54,713 nucleotides of DNA from a virus (IMGVR_UViG_3300030419_006746:1-54713), one strand, 5' to 3'. Positions 29,021 to 38,257 are shown, counted from the stretch's first letter. Numbers and translations: made by a program. Notes: generated by a model not told the origin, from the sequence alone.

Positions 29021-29996
29021 CGATGTATTATTAGTACCACAATATTCAGATATTAAAAGCAGAAAAGAAGTTGACATTGGAAATAATCTAGATAAGCATT
29101 GGCGTTTAGAGTTGCCTATAATCTCTTCACCAATGGACACTGTGACTGAAAGCGATATGAGCATTGCAATGTATAATGCCGGCGGCCTGGGCATTATACA
29201 TCGTTACAATACAATACAAGAGCAATGTGATTTGGTTCGTAAATGCACTTGGCCAGGCGCAGCAGTCGGAGTTACGGGAGACTATCTTAAGCGCGCTATT
29301 AACTTGTTTGAGGTAGGCGTTAAAGTGCTTTGTATTGACGTTGCGCACGGTCACCATGTTTTAATGAAAAATGCCATTACAGCAATCAAAGAAGAGTTGG
29401 GTGATATGGTACACATTATGGCTGGTAACGTCGCAACTCTTCAAGGTTTTAATGATTTATCAGATTGGGGCGCAGATAGTGTTAGATGTAACATTGGCGG
29501 CGGAAGCATATGTTCTACTCGAATTCAAACCGGTCATGGCTTACCAGGCCTTCAAACGATTATAGACTGCGCACAAAGCGATAGAGATACCAAAATCATT
29601 GCTGACGGAGGTATTAGGTCTAGCGGCGATATCGTTAAAGCTCTAGCAGCTGGAGCAGATTTTGTTATGCTTGGTTCTATGCTGGCTGGAACAACCGAAT
29701 CGCCCGGAGAAAAAGTAGTTACTATGGCTGGTACAAAAAAGAAGTACCGTGGAATGGCCAGTAAAGATGCACAAATGGATTGGCGAGGCAAGTATAGTTC
29801 AAATGAAGGAGTAAGTACGCTGATTGACTTTAAAGGTCCGGTTGAGTTAATATTGGATGACTTGGCTAATGGTATTAAATCTGGATTGTCTTATTCAGGT
29901 TGCCGCACAATCGCTGAACTTCAATCAAAGGCACAGTTTGTGCAGCAAACAAGTGCAGGTTTAGGTGAAAGTCGTACTCATATTTTGTCAAAATGA
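28998..29996 (+). CDS. IMP dehydrogenase / GMP reductase family enzyme lacking the CBS domain
   Basis: [48 protein letters not shown]. Start at ATG 28998. Confidence 0.9.
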   Translation: MKQALTYDDVLLVPQYSDIKSRKEVDIGNNLDKHWRLELPIISSPMDTVTESDMSIAMYNAGGLGIIHRYNTIQEQCDLVRKCTWPGAAVGVTGDYLKRAINLFEVGVKVLCIDVAHGHHVLMKNAITAIKEELGDMVHIMAGNVATLQGFNDLSDWGADSVRCNIGGGSICSTRIQTGHGLPGLQTIIDCAQSDRDTKIIADGGIRSSGDIVKALAAGADFVMLGSMLAGTTESPGEKVVTMAGTKKKYRGMASKDAQMDWRGKYSSNEGVSTLIDFKGPVELILDDLANGIKSGLSYSGCRTIAELQSKAQFVQQTSAGLGESRTHILSK

Positions 29997-30331
29997 GAAA
30001 AAGAAAAGCACCACCAGCAGACGCAAAATACATTCAGGTTCCAAGTTTGGAGAGTCTTGACGCTAATTTAAGAATTAAGCTTCGATTCGATGATATAACT
30101 AAATTTTGGTTTTTCAATGAATATATTAAGGCTTATCTGACCGATGATCCAGATTTGGCACCGTTTATTGCAAAAATAAAAGAAAGTAGCATGTTGTCGC
30201 GCAAATTTCGCTTGAAGAAGCATAAAGAAATTAAAAAGAAAGAACAAGATATAATTAATCGTTTTGGATTAAATCAAGATGAGATAGAAGACATATTTGA
30301 CATAATTGAAAGGGAAGAAGGTGATGTATGA
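29993..30331 (+). CDS. Hypothetical protein
   Basis: Coupled by ATGA overlaps on both sides. Confidence 0.65.
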   Translation: MRKRKAPPADAKYIQVPSLESLDANLRIKLRFDDITKFWFFNEYIKAYLTDDPDLAPFIAKIKESSMLSRKFRLKKHKEIKKKEQDIINRFGLNQDEIEDIFDIIEREEGDV

Positions 30332-30582
30332 GATGTGTAGAAGTTTGTGAAAAAAGCAATAGTCCTTGTGAACAAAAAAAATGTAGAATGTGGATAGATT
30401 ACGATGACGATTTGAACTGTGTTGACATAGCTGTCAAGAAAAATGGCCCGATGAGCTTGAAACAAATAGGGGCCAGATTGGGTATATCCTATGTCCGCGT
30501 CACTCAAATAGAAAAAGAAGTATTAAGGAAAATAAAAAAAACTAACTTTAGCAAAAATGATACTATTTATAGCATTGAATAA
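30328..30582 (+). CDS. Stand-alone sigma70 region 4-like HTH protein with a Cys-rich N-terminus
   Basis: MSLKQIGARLGISYVRVTQIEKEVLRKI, preceded by five Cys. Confidence 0.75.
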   Translation: MRCVEVCEKSNSPCEQKKCRMWIDYDDDLNCVDIAVKKNGPMSLKQIGARLGISYVRVTQIEKEVLRKIKKTNFSKNDTIYSIE

Positions 30583-30628
30583 ACCAAAGATGTTAGCATC
30601 TTGATATGATCATTTGAGGAGAAAGCGC

Positions 30629-31177
30629 ATGTCTAACAAAACTTTACTAAATGAAGCCACTATTCGTCGCTTCATGAAACTCGCGGAGATCGCACCGCTA
30701 GCCAATAATTTCATTGGTGAAATGGAAGTCTATAAGGACGATGAAGATCTTCCAGGCGAGGAGCTTGCCGGCGAAGAAGAATTGGATGTTGAACTCGAAG
30801 AGCCAGTTGACGTTGAAGAGCCAGCACCAGAAATGGATGTCGAATACGAAGAGCCAGCAGAAGAAGGCGAAGTAGAGCTAACTTTAACTCCGGAACAGGC
30901 TGACGCACTCGTTACTCTTTTACAACAAGTCGAAGCAGCCCAAGACGTCGCACCAGAGCCAGAGGCACTCCCAGCACCTGATATGGGCGATGAGCTGGAA
31001 GCCGAAGAAGAGATGGATGTTGAACTGGAAGAGCCAGCTGGCGAAGAAGAGGAAGAGCTAGAAGAGCTAGAAGAGCTAGAAGAGCTAGAAGAGACTGATG
31101 TAGTTGATGATGATCAACTTGTTAACGAACTTGCCCGCCGAGTTGCTAAAAGACTATTGACAAAGAAAAATAGTTAA
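30629..31177 (+). CDS. Very acidic protein, candidate prohead scaffold/core protein
   Basis: LLNEATIRRFMKLA N-terminus, Glu-rich body and basic C-terminal helix (LVNELARRVAKRLL). SD GAGGAG before ATG 30629. Confidence 0.55.
   Translation: MSNKTLLNEATIRRFMKLAEIAPLANNFIGEMEVYKDDEDLPGEELAGEEELDVELEEPVDVEEPAPEMDVEYEEPAEEGEVELTLTPEQADALVTLLQQVEAAQDVAPEPEALPAPDMGDELEAEEEMDVELEEPAGEEEEELEELEELEELEETDVVDDDQLVNELARRVAKRLLTKKNS
31052..31093 (+). repeat. In-frame tandem repeat (GAAGAGCTA) x4 plus a partial copy, encoding (EEL)n
   Basis: Read directly from the sequence. Confidence 0.9.
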
Positions 31178-31212
31178 TATATACTTTCTATAACATTAAC
31201 AGTGAGGTCAAT

Positions 31213-31608
31213 ATGCAAGAACTTTTTTGGTTTTTTCTAGGCGGTGTAGTTTATTATGTCATTGATAAAACTATCTCTATTTACAAAAAAGTAAAATTTA
31301 TTAACGATGTTAAGATATTTTCTTATCAATTGATCGGATACGCATATGAGCAATTGGTATTTGCTATGACTGCAAAATATATGATGCTAGAAACCAGCAG
31401 TGACTTTGATAAAGAAAAATTAAAGTCATTTCGAAATGATGATGAGGCTGTTTTTAGTAATTGGAAAAAAGAAGCAACGCTGGGTCTCAAAAACTCTCTT
31501 CCAGTAACTTACAGAGAAGCTCTTGAGCTTGAAAACTGGGATGATATTATGGGCGCATTAGACACCCATTACAAAAAAGCGCTACAAAAAACATATCTTA
31601 AGGATTGA
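31213..31608 (+). CDS. Hypothetical protein with an N-terminal membrane anchor
   Basis: LFWFFLGGVVYYVI; SD GAGG. Confidence 0.65.
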   Translation: MQELFWFFLGGVVYYVIDKTISIYKKVKFINDVKIFSYQLIGYAYEQLVFAMTAKYMMLETSSDFDKEKLKSFRNDDEAVFSNWKKEATLGLKNSLPVTYREALELENWDDIMGALDTHYKKALQKTYLKD

Positions 31609-31644
31609 TAGTTAACTTATCATCTTTAAAGGACTAATTATATT

Positions 31645-33102
31645 ATGGACATAAATAAATTAGTAGAAAATTACTTTGCCCCTAAAAACTTGCTAACTAA
31701 AGAAAAACTTTGGAACCTGTTTGATGAGGTGATACAAGAAAGACGGGTCTTAGGCGGCGCCGAAGAAGATCTAGATGTAAGCGAAAAAAGCCCAAATATC
31801 AACATATCCTTTCCTAAACTGCGTATCACAGAAGACTTTGGCAAACTAGGAACTCAAGATCGTGCTATGATTGAGAAATTCGCCAGAAATATTCCTGGTG
31901 AAACATTGGACGACAAACTAGCAGCGCTCAATTCTATTTTAAGAACTAAAAAAGAAGGGGCCAGCATTTCTGAAATTTTATCAACTATGGTTATATGTGA
32001 AATACTGGCTGTTATTATTACAAACTTTACTGAAAGCGCTGGCGGATTTATTTTTGAAGGCTTTCTTGCCGGATTATTTGGTGGCAAATCAGTGCAGATT
32101 GTAGACCCTGAAGATATCCCGGGTATGGAAGCTGCTGGTAAGCCCATCACAGATGTAATTTTAGGAGATAAGCACTATTCATTAAAGCTGCTTGGTGCCA
32201 CGCGACCGGTAAAAGGGTCATTTAAAAATATGGTTGAGCATTTTAAAGTAATCGATCACGTTGTTTATTTAGATGCCCGCCGTGTTGACCACAATCAAGG
32301 TCTACAATTTAGCGAATTTACAATCACATTGGATAATTTTTTAGATGTATTTGTCACTCCATATCTTAAACAAGTGTGGAAGAAGAAACCTGAAGTCGCC
32401 AACAAAGCAGTTGAATTTAAAAAGCTGCTGAATAAATTAATTAAAGGCCAAAAAGCTGTTAAAGAAATCAGAACATCGGTAAAAGTCCCAGAACTAAACA
32501 ATCAGCGTATTTTTACTTATTCCCCAGCACAAGAAACAGGACAACTTAACGAAATAAGATTAAGCGCTGAAGATTTAAATATGGTTATTGATAGACTTTT
32601 TAAAATGCCTAACAAAGAATTGGATCAATATGGTCCGTTTTCAGTAGTATATGCTGAAGAGAGGTTTGAAGACACCAGAGCAAACAAACTATTTGGCGCT
32701 TTCAATATAGTCGAACGATTAAAGCTGGCCATTGATGCTGGAAATAAAGAAGAGATAATTAAACTATTAGAACAGACACCTGGATATCAAAAGGAAATGC
32801 AATTTGAATTCACGCATCTGCAGGTTGCGAGAATCGGCTCATTTAGAGAGATAGGCACATTGCTTATTGGTCCTAAATATATGAACGATACTTTGGCTAA
32901 TTATACTAATTTGCTAAAAGAAACAATATCACCAGTTTATGAACAGTTACAATTGTTTACAGACAATATCAATGATTACTTTTTAGGTGTTAGTGGTGAG
33001 AAGACACCAGCTGATAGAAAGCAATATGCACTAGATGCGATTGAAAATGCCGAGCAGCTGAAAGTAGCTACTGATGATGCTGTAAAAGCAATTGAAAAAT
33101 AA
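31645..33102 (+). CDS. Leader-bearing protein with a PD-(D/E)xK-like nuclease motif
   Basis: GFIFEGFLAGLFGG...ITDVI...YSLKLL. ACTAATTA lies 4 nt upstream of the ATG. Confidence 0.5.
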   Translation: MDINKLVENYFAPKNLLTKEKLWNLFDEVIQERRVLGGAEEDLDVSEKSPNINISFPKLRITEDFGKLGTQDRAMIEKFARNIPGETLDDKLAALNSILRTKKEGASISEILSTMVICEILAVIITNFTESAGGFIFEGFLAGLFGGKSVQIVDPEDIPGMEAAGKPITDVILGDKHYSLKLLGATRPVKGSFKNMVEHFKVIDHVVYLDARRVDHNQGLQFSEFTITLDNFLDVFVTPYLKQVWKKKPEVANKAVEFKKLLNKLIKGQKAVKEIRTSVKVPELNNQRIFTYSPAQETGQLNEIRLSAEDLNMVIDRLFKMPNKELDQYGPFSVVYAEERFEDTRANKLFGAFNIVERLKLAIDAGNKEEIIKLLEQTPGYQKEMQFEFTHLQVARIGSFREIGTLLIGPKYMNDTLANYTNLLKETISPVYEQLQLFTDNINDYFLGVSGEKTPADRKQYALDAIENAEQLKVATDDAVKAIEK

Positions 33103-33105
33103 TAC

Positions 33106-33134
33106 TTGACAAAGTTATAATACTTCCTTATAAT
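33106..33134 (+). promoter_or_regulatory. Consensus sigma70 promoter of groEL
   Basis: TTGACA-N17-TATAAT. Confidence 0.85.
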
Positions 33135-33157
33135 ATAGAAACAACATAGAGGTGTGA

Positions 33158-34735
33158 ATGAAACAATATACTAATTCTCAAACCCTTCGCCAAAGTTTGG
33201 AGGAGGGCATAAGGATTGTTGCTGAAAATGTAGCATCAACTCTTGGCCCAAAAGGGCGCACAGTTATTTTACATCAAAAAGGCAAAAATCCTATCACAAC
33301 AAAAGACGGTGTAACAGTTGCTAAATTTATTGATTTAGAGGACCCTTTCCAGAATACCGGCGCGCAGATTGTAAAACAAGCTGCGGAGAAAACTAATCAA
33401 GAAGCTGGCGACGGCACAACAACCACAACAGTATTGACTTATGCGATGTATCGCGAAGCACAAAAGTATTTGACTGCTGGCGCTCCTCCAGTTGAATTAA
33501 GGAAGGGAATGGAGTTGGCAATTGAACATCTTGTGGCGCAAATCGAAGATACAACTACTCCTATTAAGTCTATTGACGACGTGCAAAACATAGCGACAAT
33601 TGCAGCAAATGGCGATGAGGTTATTGGTAAACTTGTCGCCAAGGCTGTTGATCTTGCTGGTAAAGATGGCTCTGTAACAATTGAAGATGCACGTTCAGTT
33701 GAAACTAGTCTAGACCTTGTAGAAGGTTTCCGCTTTGATTCTGGATATTTAGCAACAGCTTTTATCAATGATGAACAAAGAGGGTTCGTCAAATACGATA
33801 ACCCAATTGTTATGGTTACAGATGAAAAAATAGAAACTGTTGAAGATATGTATCCAGCTCTTGAAATTGCTTCGCGCGAAGGAAGGCCTTTTGTTATTGT
33901 AGCTGAAAACATTGAAGGTCAAGCGCTAGCGGCGCTGATTATGAATGCTATGCGCGGGACAATGCGAGTATGCGGCATTAAAGCTCCAAAATATGGAGAA
34001 GAAAGAAGAAGCATTCTTAAGGATTTAGCTGTATCAGTTGGCGCGACTCTTGTTTCAAGAGAAATGGGAATTAAGTTACGAGATGTAAAGCTGACTCATT
34101 TTGGCGAAGTAAAAAAACTAGAAGTAACCAAGAATTTCACAACAATGGTCGGCGGAGCAGGAGATCTAGGTGAAATAGAAAAACAGATTGACAAGCTAAA
34201 GGCAATAATGCAAGATACTGATAGCTTGCACGAGTGCGAAAAGCTTCAAGAACGAATTACAAGGTTGGCTTCCGGTGTCTCTGTAATCCGAGTCGGTGGT
34301 GCCACTGAAATAGAAATGATTGAAAAACGCCACAGAATTGAAGATGCACTAGAATCAGTGCGTTCGGCACAGTTAGAGGGCATTCTCCCCGGCGGCGGCT
34401 CCTTCTTGGTGCAGCAATCTGTTGACTTGTTTGACAACGTAAAAGAGCAAACTTCAAATGAATGGCAAGAACTTGGTGTAAAAATTGTACAACAAGCAAT
34501 AAAAGAGCCGTTGCGCCAAATGTGTAAAAATGCTGGAGAATCAGCTGATTTGATTCTTGATCAAGTTGCACAAGAAGAGTTGAATTACGGGTATGACTTT
34601 AAGTTAAATGTAGTGGTAAATGTGTTTGATTCTGGCATTGTAGACCCTGCTAGAGTAACAAGATGTGCTCTTCAGAATGCTGTTTCGGTAGCGGGAACCC
34701 TTATTACTTCTAACTATGCTATTGTTGAACATTAA
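33158..34735 (+). CDS. groEL: Chaperonin GroEL
   Basis: TLGPKGR, TKDGVTVA, GDGTTT, FDSGY, GGATE.E, GIVDPARV. No GGM tail. Confidence 0.95.
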   Translation: MKQYTNSQTLRQSLEEGIRIVAENVASTLGPKGRTVILHQKGKNPITTKDGVTVAKFIDLEDPFQNTGAQIVKQAAEKTNQEAGDGTTTTTVLTYAMYREAQKYLTAGAPPVELRKGMELAIEHLVAQIEDTTTPIKSIDDVQNIATIAANGDEVIGKLVAKAVDLAGKDGSVTIEDARSVETSLDLVEGFRFDSGYLATAFINDEQRGFVKYDNPIVMVTDEKIETVEDMYPALEIASREGRPFVIVAENIEGQALAALIMNAMRGTMRVCGIKAPKYGEERRSILKDLAVSVGATLVSREMGIKLRDVKLTHFGEVKKLEVTKNFTTMVGGAGDLGEIEKQIDKLKAIMQDTDSLHECEKLQERITRLASGVSVIRVGGATEIEMIEKRHRIEDALESVRSAQLEGILPGGGSFLVQQSVDLFDNVKEQTSNEWQELGVKIVQQAIKEPLRQMCKNAGESADLILDQVAQEELNYGYDFKLNVVVNVFDSGIVDPARVTRCALQNAVSVAGTLITSNYAIVEH

Positions 34736-34782
34736 TACTAATTAATGTTATGATGCCATATTAGGCAAACAAGGAGTGTTTG

Positions 34783-35061
34783 ATGAGCGATGGTGGAACA
34801 ATAGAAGGGGCAGTAGCCTGGGCAGAAATAAATGGGAAATTTGATAGAATGATTCAATCAATAGATACAGTGAAAGAAAAACAAGAAGAAATGGCAGAAG
34901 ACATTGGCAAAATTAAAGAGGCTGTTTACAATCCAGATTCTGGTCTTTATGCTAGGCTGCGTGAATTGGAGAACTGGAAAGAGACATCATCTCGACTAAT
35001 TTGGATAATTATTACAACAGTAGTAACTTTAACTGTTGCGACACTATACAAATCATTGTAA
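34783..35061 (+). CDS. Coiled-coil protein with a C-terminal TM helix (XhlA/holin-like)
   Basis: GLYARLRELE...LIWIIITTVVTLTVATLY; SD AAGGAG. Confidence 0.5.
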   Translation: MSDGGTIEGAVAWAEINGKFDRMIQSIDTVKEKQEEMAEDIGKIKEAVYNPDSGLYARLRELENWKETSSRLIWIIITTVVTLTVATLYKSL

Positions 35062-35114
35062 AACACTTGACTTATAAAAAAATATAATATAAATTAGCTT
35101 AAAGAGGTGAAAAA

Positions 35115-35411
35115 ATGAGAGTAACCGTATCCTATTCAGTTGAATTAGGTGAAGTACTGAAAGAGTTGCAAATGCTGTACATTCGCGAAAGAAACAAACT
35201 GCATTCAACGTTAATTCAAGCCGATAAAATCTTAAAAGAGCATTATTCGGATAAAAACTTAAGCAACGTTGCGGCATCAATCGAGGAATGTCGCACTGCC
35301 GTTAGTAATTTTGATATTAAACTTACTGAAATTAGCAATATTTTGAATGGCTACGGCACGATAAAGAGAGATTTGAAGCAAGAGCCTGTGAAACAAGCAG
35401 AAGAGAAATAG
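35115..35411 (+). CDS. Hypothetical coiled-coil protein
   Basis: Promoter-like TTGACT at 35067 and SD GAGGTG. Confidence 0.65.
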   Translation: MRVTVSYSVELGEVLKELQMLYIRERNKLHSTLIQADKILKEHYSDKNLSNVAASIEECRTAVSNFDIKLTEISNILNGYGTIKRDLKQEPVKQAEEK

Positions 35412-35423
35412 AATACAAAAGTT

Positions 35424-35675
35424 ATGAAATATGATGTAGGAGATTTGGTTTGGATACCAGATGGAACTGAAAACTGGAAAAGTTTTCCAGGCTGGATGGA
35501 ACCAGAGTTACCAATTAAAGGCCCGATATATGGTTTGGTGCTAAACTCCATTGATCTTGGCGAATATCATAATGGCAATGGTCGATGGTTGAATATACAA
35601 ATAGAAACTGGATCTCGTGTGATTCACGAAAAATATTTAAAAAAAATAGAACAAAGGGAGGAAATCTATGGTTAA
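35424..35675 (+). CDS. MKVGDLV-family protein
   Basis: YDVGDLVWI...YGLVL...WLNIQI...IHEKYLKKI. Confidence 0.65.
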   Translation: MKYDVGDLVWIPDGTENWKSFPGWMEPELPIKGPIYGLVLNSIDLGEYHNGNGRWLNIQIETGSRVIHEKYLKKIEQREEIYG

Positions 35676-35946
35676 GTTAGTGGAAGTAGTACAAACTTTT
35701 AAGGATCAATACGCTCTTCGAGAGATATTTGTTAATCCTGCACACGTTGTATATTTACGGGAAGATTTATTAATGAAACAGCGCCTAACAGAAGGCAAAC
35801 TTCCCGCAGATTTGGACACGCGCCAAAGCTTTACTAGGCTACAAGTGCGCAATGGCTCTACCGGTTCAGAATTTATTATAATTGGATCACCTTCCCTTGT
35901 TGAATCGAAGTTGAAAGGTACCGGCGCGGAGTTGCTACATGGCTAA
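35668..35946 (+). CDS. Hypothetical protein
   Basis: SD GGGAGG; IFVNPAHVVYLRE. Confidence 0.65.
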   Translation: MVKLVEVVQTFKDQYALREIFVNPAHVVYLREDLLMKQRLTEGKLPADLDTRQSFTRLQVRNGSTGSEFIIIGSPSLVESKLKGTGAELLHG

Positions 35947-36205
35947 TCAACATTACACTTTATGGGTTAAAACTCATTGTCCATTTTGTATTAAGGCAAA
36001 AGACGAACTATACAGAAGAAAATTGGACCACACTGTATATGTGATGGATGACAGGCCGGATGATTTAAATACAACAAAGCAAGTGCTTAATCACCCAACT
36101 GTGCCAATTATTGTATTACAAGAGAATGATAAAGAGAAATTAATCGGAGGCTACACAGATTTGTTGATGTGGCTTACAGAACAAAGCGAGGGACAAAGTG
36201 ATTGA
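35939..36205 (+). CDS. Glutaredoxin
   Basis: CPFC, TVP, IGGYTDL. Confidence 0.9.
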   Translation: MANQHYTLWVKTHCPFCIKAKDELYRRKLDHTVYVMDDRPDDLNTTKQVLNHPTVPIIVLQENDKEKLIGGYTDLLMWLTEQSEGQSD

Positions 36206-36596
36206 GTGCGAACTACAGCCTATAATTTCAAGATATTACAACTCTAATGATAAGAAGCCAAGGTATGGGGTCTACCTTCAGTCAATGTATTGGGGCGTCA
36301 AGGGCTTTGGAAAGACGACGTGGGTTGTAGCTGCAAGAATCGAACTGGACTACGACAAGGCCAGAGAAGAGTGCGAAACTGATGACGAAATAGTGGCGCG
36401 ATGTATTGAGTTTCTGAATACGCCTCCAAAAAGCAAATACGGAAAGCATAGAAAGCGCAAGCCGTTATATACTTTTGATCCTAAACCATACAACTACGAG
36501 GTGAAAGAAAGAAATGGTAAACAAATCATTTCTGCGAAACTAGTTGTAAGAGAGCGAAAGAACAAATACTTTTGGAGCCAAGGGCCTTCTGTGTAA
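36198..36596 (+). CDS. Hypothetical protein
   Basis: SD GAGGG, GTG start overlapping the glutaredoxin gene. Confidence 0.6.
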   Translation: MIECELQPIISRYYNSNDKKPRYGVYLQSMYWGVKGFGKTTWVVAARIELDYDKAREECETDDEIVARCIEFLNTPPKSKYGKHRKRKPLYTFDPKPYNYEVKERNGKQIISAKLVVRERKNKYFWSQGPSV

Positions 36597-36660
36597 TGTA
36601 CTCTTTTCAATTAAAGCTACTATTTATTGAGAGTATAATGTATACGGCGAGAGCAGAGGT

Positions 36661-37284
36661 ATGCCAATGAAAGACTTAATGGAAAATTGGAAAAGATACT
36701 TAACTGAAACTTCCTTAACAAGAATCATATGTATGCATATGGATGATTATGATAACGCAATTATTTCTGCTTTTAGAAGTGCGTACTCTAGAGCTGAAAA
36801 TCGAGAGCGAAATAGAAATTTAAAAGCAATATTGCTTGAACAAGGTTACGGGGTCACACGAATATTTGGCTCTTACATAGAAAACTTTCAAACTCCGCAA
36901 GCATTAGAAGTACAAGAGGAAAGCTTCGTCGTCCATAATAGACACCAAGACCCAGAATTTATAGCAAATGTCGCCGCGCTGGGCGAAGATTTTAATCAGG
37001 ATTCTGTTCTCATAGTGCCTATAGGCGCCGAAGGTGCTTACTTGTTGGGCACAAATCCAGAAGGCGAGTTTCCTGAATATGGAAAGCAAATATCAGTTGG
37101 TGCTTTGAAGGCAGGTTGCGAAGCAGAGTTTATGTCGCGAGTTGGCAAAACCAAAAAGCCATTCACCTTTGCAGAAAATATGGAAACATACGAGAACCTC
37201 TCCAGAAACTCCAAATGGGCAGTTAAGAAAATTGTAGAACGAATCAAAAAAGAAAAAGCCGCCAAAAACTCTCCAAAATCATAA
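36661..37284 (+). CDS. Probable SAM lyase (T3 SAMase-like) with an N-terminal leader
   Basis: ISAFRS...EN..RNR.L...GSYIE...EESF.V...NVAAL...FNQDSVL is collinear with T3 SAMase motifs as I recall them (VSAFRS, GCYRE, EEK, NVARL, EQDCVL). Confidence 0.65.
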   Translation: MPMKDLMENWKRYLTETSLTRIICMHMDDYDNAIISAFRSAYSRAENRERNRNLKAILLEQGYGVTRIFGSYIENFQTPQALEVQEESFVVHNRHQDPEFIANVAALGEDFNQDSVLIVPIGAEGAYLLGTNPEGEFPEYGKQISVGALKAGCEAEFMSRVGKTKKPFTFAENMETYENLSRNSKWAVKKIVERIKKEKAAKNSPKS

Positions 37285-37439
37285 TATCAGATAAAAATTA
37301 TGAAAAAACATCACTAACTGCGAACTTTTGTTCACACCTGTATAGTTATTTATGTAACCCACCAGCTTATTGTTGTTAAATTTGGTTTACTTGTTGTTTA
37401 TTTACATTTGAATGTATTATTCTATGGAGGGATGAATTT

Positions 37440-37904
37440 ATGCTCTTATACCCAGCTCTATTCTTGTTAGCTTTTGTATATGCTAACTTATTGGAGTGGG
37501 TAATTCATAAATATCTTTTTCACGGTTTAGGCAAAAATAAGAAAAGTTTATTCTCTTCTCACTGGAACACACATCATAAACTTTGTAGAAAAAACAACAA
37601 CGCAGACGCAACATACAACGAGTTCCCGCCTCATCCAGCTGTAAGGCAAGAGTTGGTTTCATTGTTTGTGTTAGTTTTGCTTCATACGCCACTTCTTTAC
37701 TTTAGTCCCTTCTTCTTTGGAAGTTTAGTATACTTTACAGCTCGTTATTTCTATATTCATAGGCGATGCCACACAGATGTTGAATGGGGTAAGAGAAATT
37801 TTCCTTGGCATTATGATCATCATATGGGCAAAGATCAGGATGCTAATTGGGGAGTGACAAATCCTTTATGGGATCATATTCTAGGAACGCGCAAGCGTGA
37901 TTAA
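37440..37904 (+). CDS. Fatty-acid hydroxylase / sterol desaturase family membrane protein
   Basis: His boxes HKYLFH, HWNTHH, HRRCH and HYDHH, then ANWGVTNPLWD; TM segments. Confidence 0.85.
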   Translation: MLLYPALFLLAFVYANLLEWVIHKYLFHGLGKNKKSLFSSHWNTHHKLCRKNNNADATYNEFPPHPAVRQELVSLFVLVLLHTPLLYFSPFFFGSLVYFTARYFYIHRRCHTDVEWGKRNFPWHYDHHMGKDQDANWGVTNPLWDHILGTRKRD

Positions 37905-37935
37905 TAACTAATTACATCGAGGTGTGTATTAAACA

Positions 37936-38139
37936 ATGTCTAATACCATTAAGGTTGGGGACTTGGTTATTCAACGAAATAGTATACATACGCTAGTCGG
38001 CCTCGTTTTGGATATCAAATATGGTCGAAGCACTATGCCTAAAAATGAACCTGATATGCTTTATAAATACGCCAGCGTTCATTGGTCTAATGGCCACAGA
38101 AGCACAATCAAGATTTCACTTTTAAGAAAATATTCTTGA
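37936..38139 (+). CDS. MKVGDLV-family protein
   Basis: IKVGDLVI...VGLVLDI...SVHW...LLRKY. Confidence 0.7.
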   Translation: MSNTIKVGDLVIQRNSIHTLVGLVLDIKYGRSTMPKNEPDMLYKYASVHWSNGHRSTIKISLLRKYS

Positions 38140-38170
38140 CTAATAATTATATTTTGATTAAGATATCTCT

Positions 38171-38257
38171 ATGAAAAAGAAAATTGCAAAAAGCATTATG
38201 TATATTCCAGCAGCAATTGTATACTCTTTGTTGAAACTGGCTAATAATTATACTTAA
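38171..38257 (+). CDS. 28-aa leaderless membrane peptide (not in the ORF track)
   Basis: MKKKIAKSIMYIPAAIVYSLLKLANNYT. Six nt separate TTGACT-N17-TAAGAT from the ATG. Confidence 0.45.
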   Translation: MKKKIAKSIMYIPAAIVYSLLKLANNYT

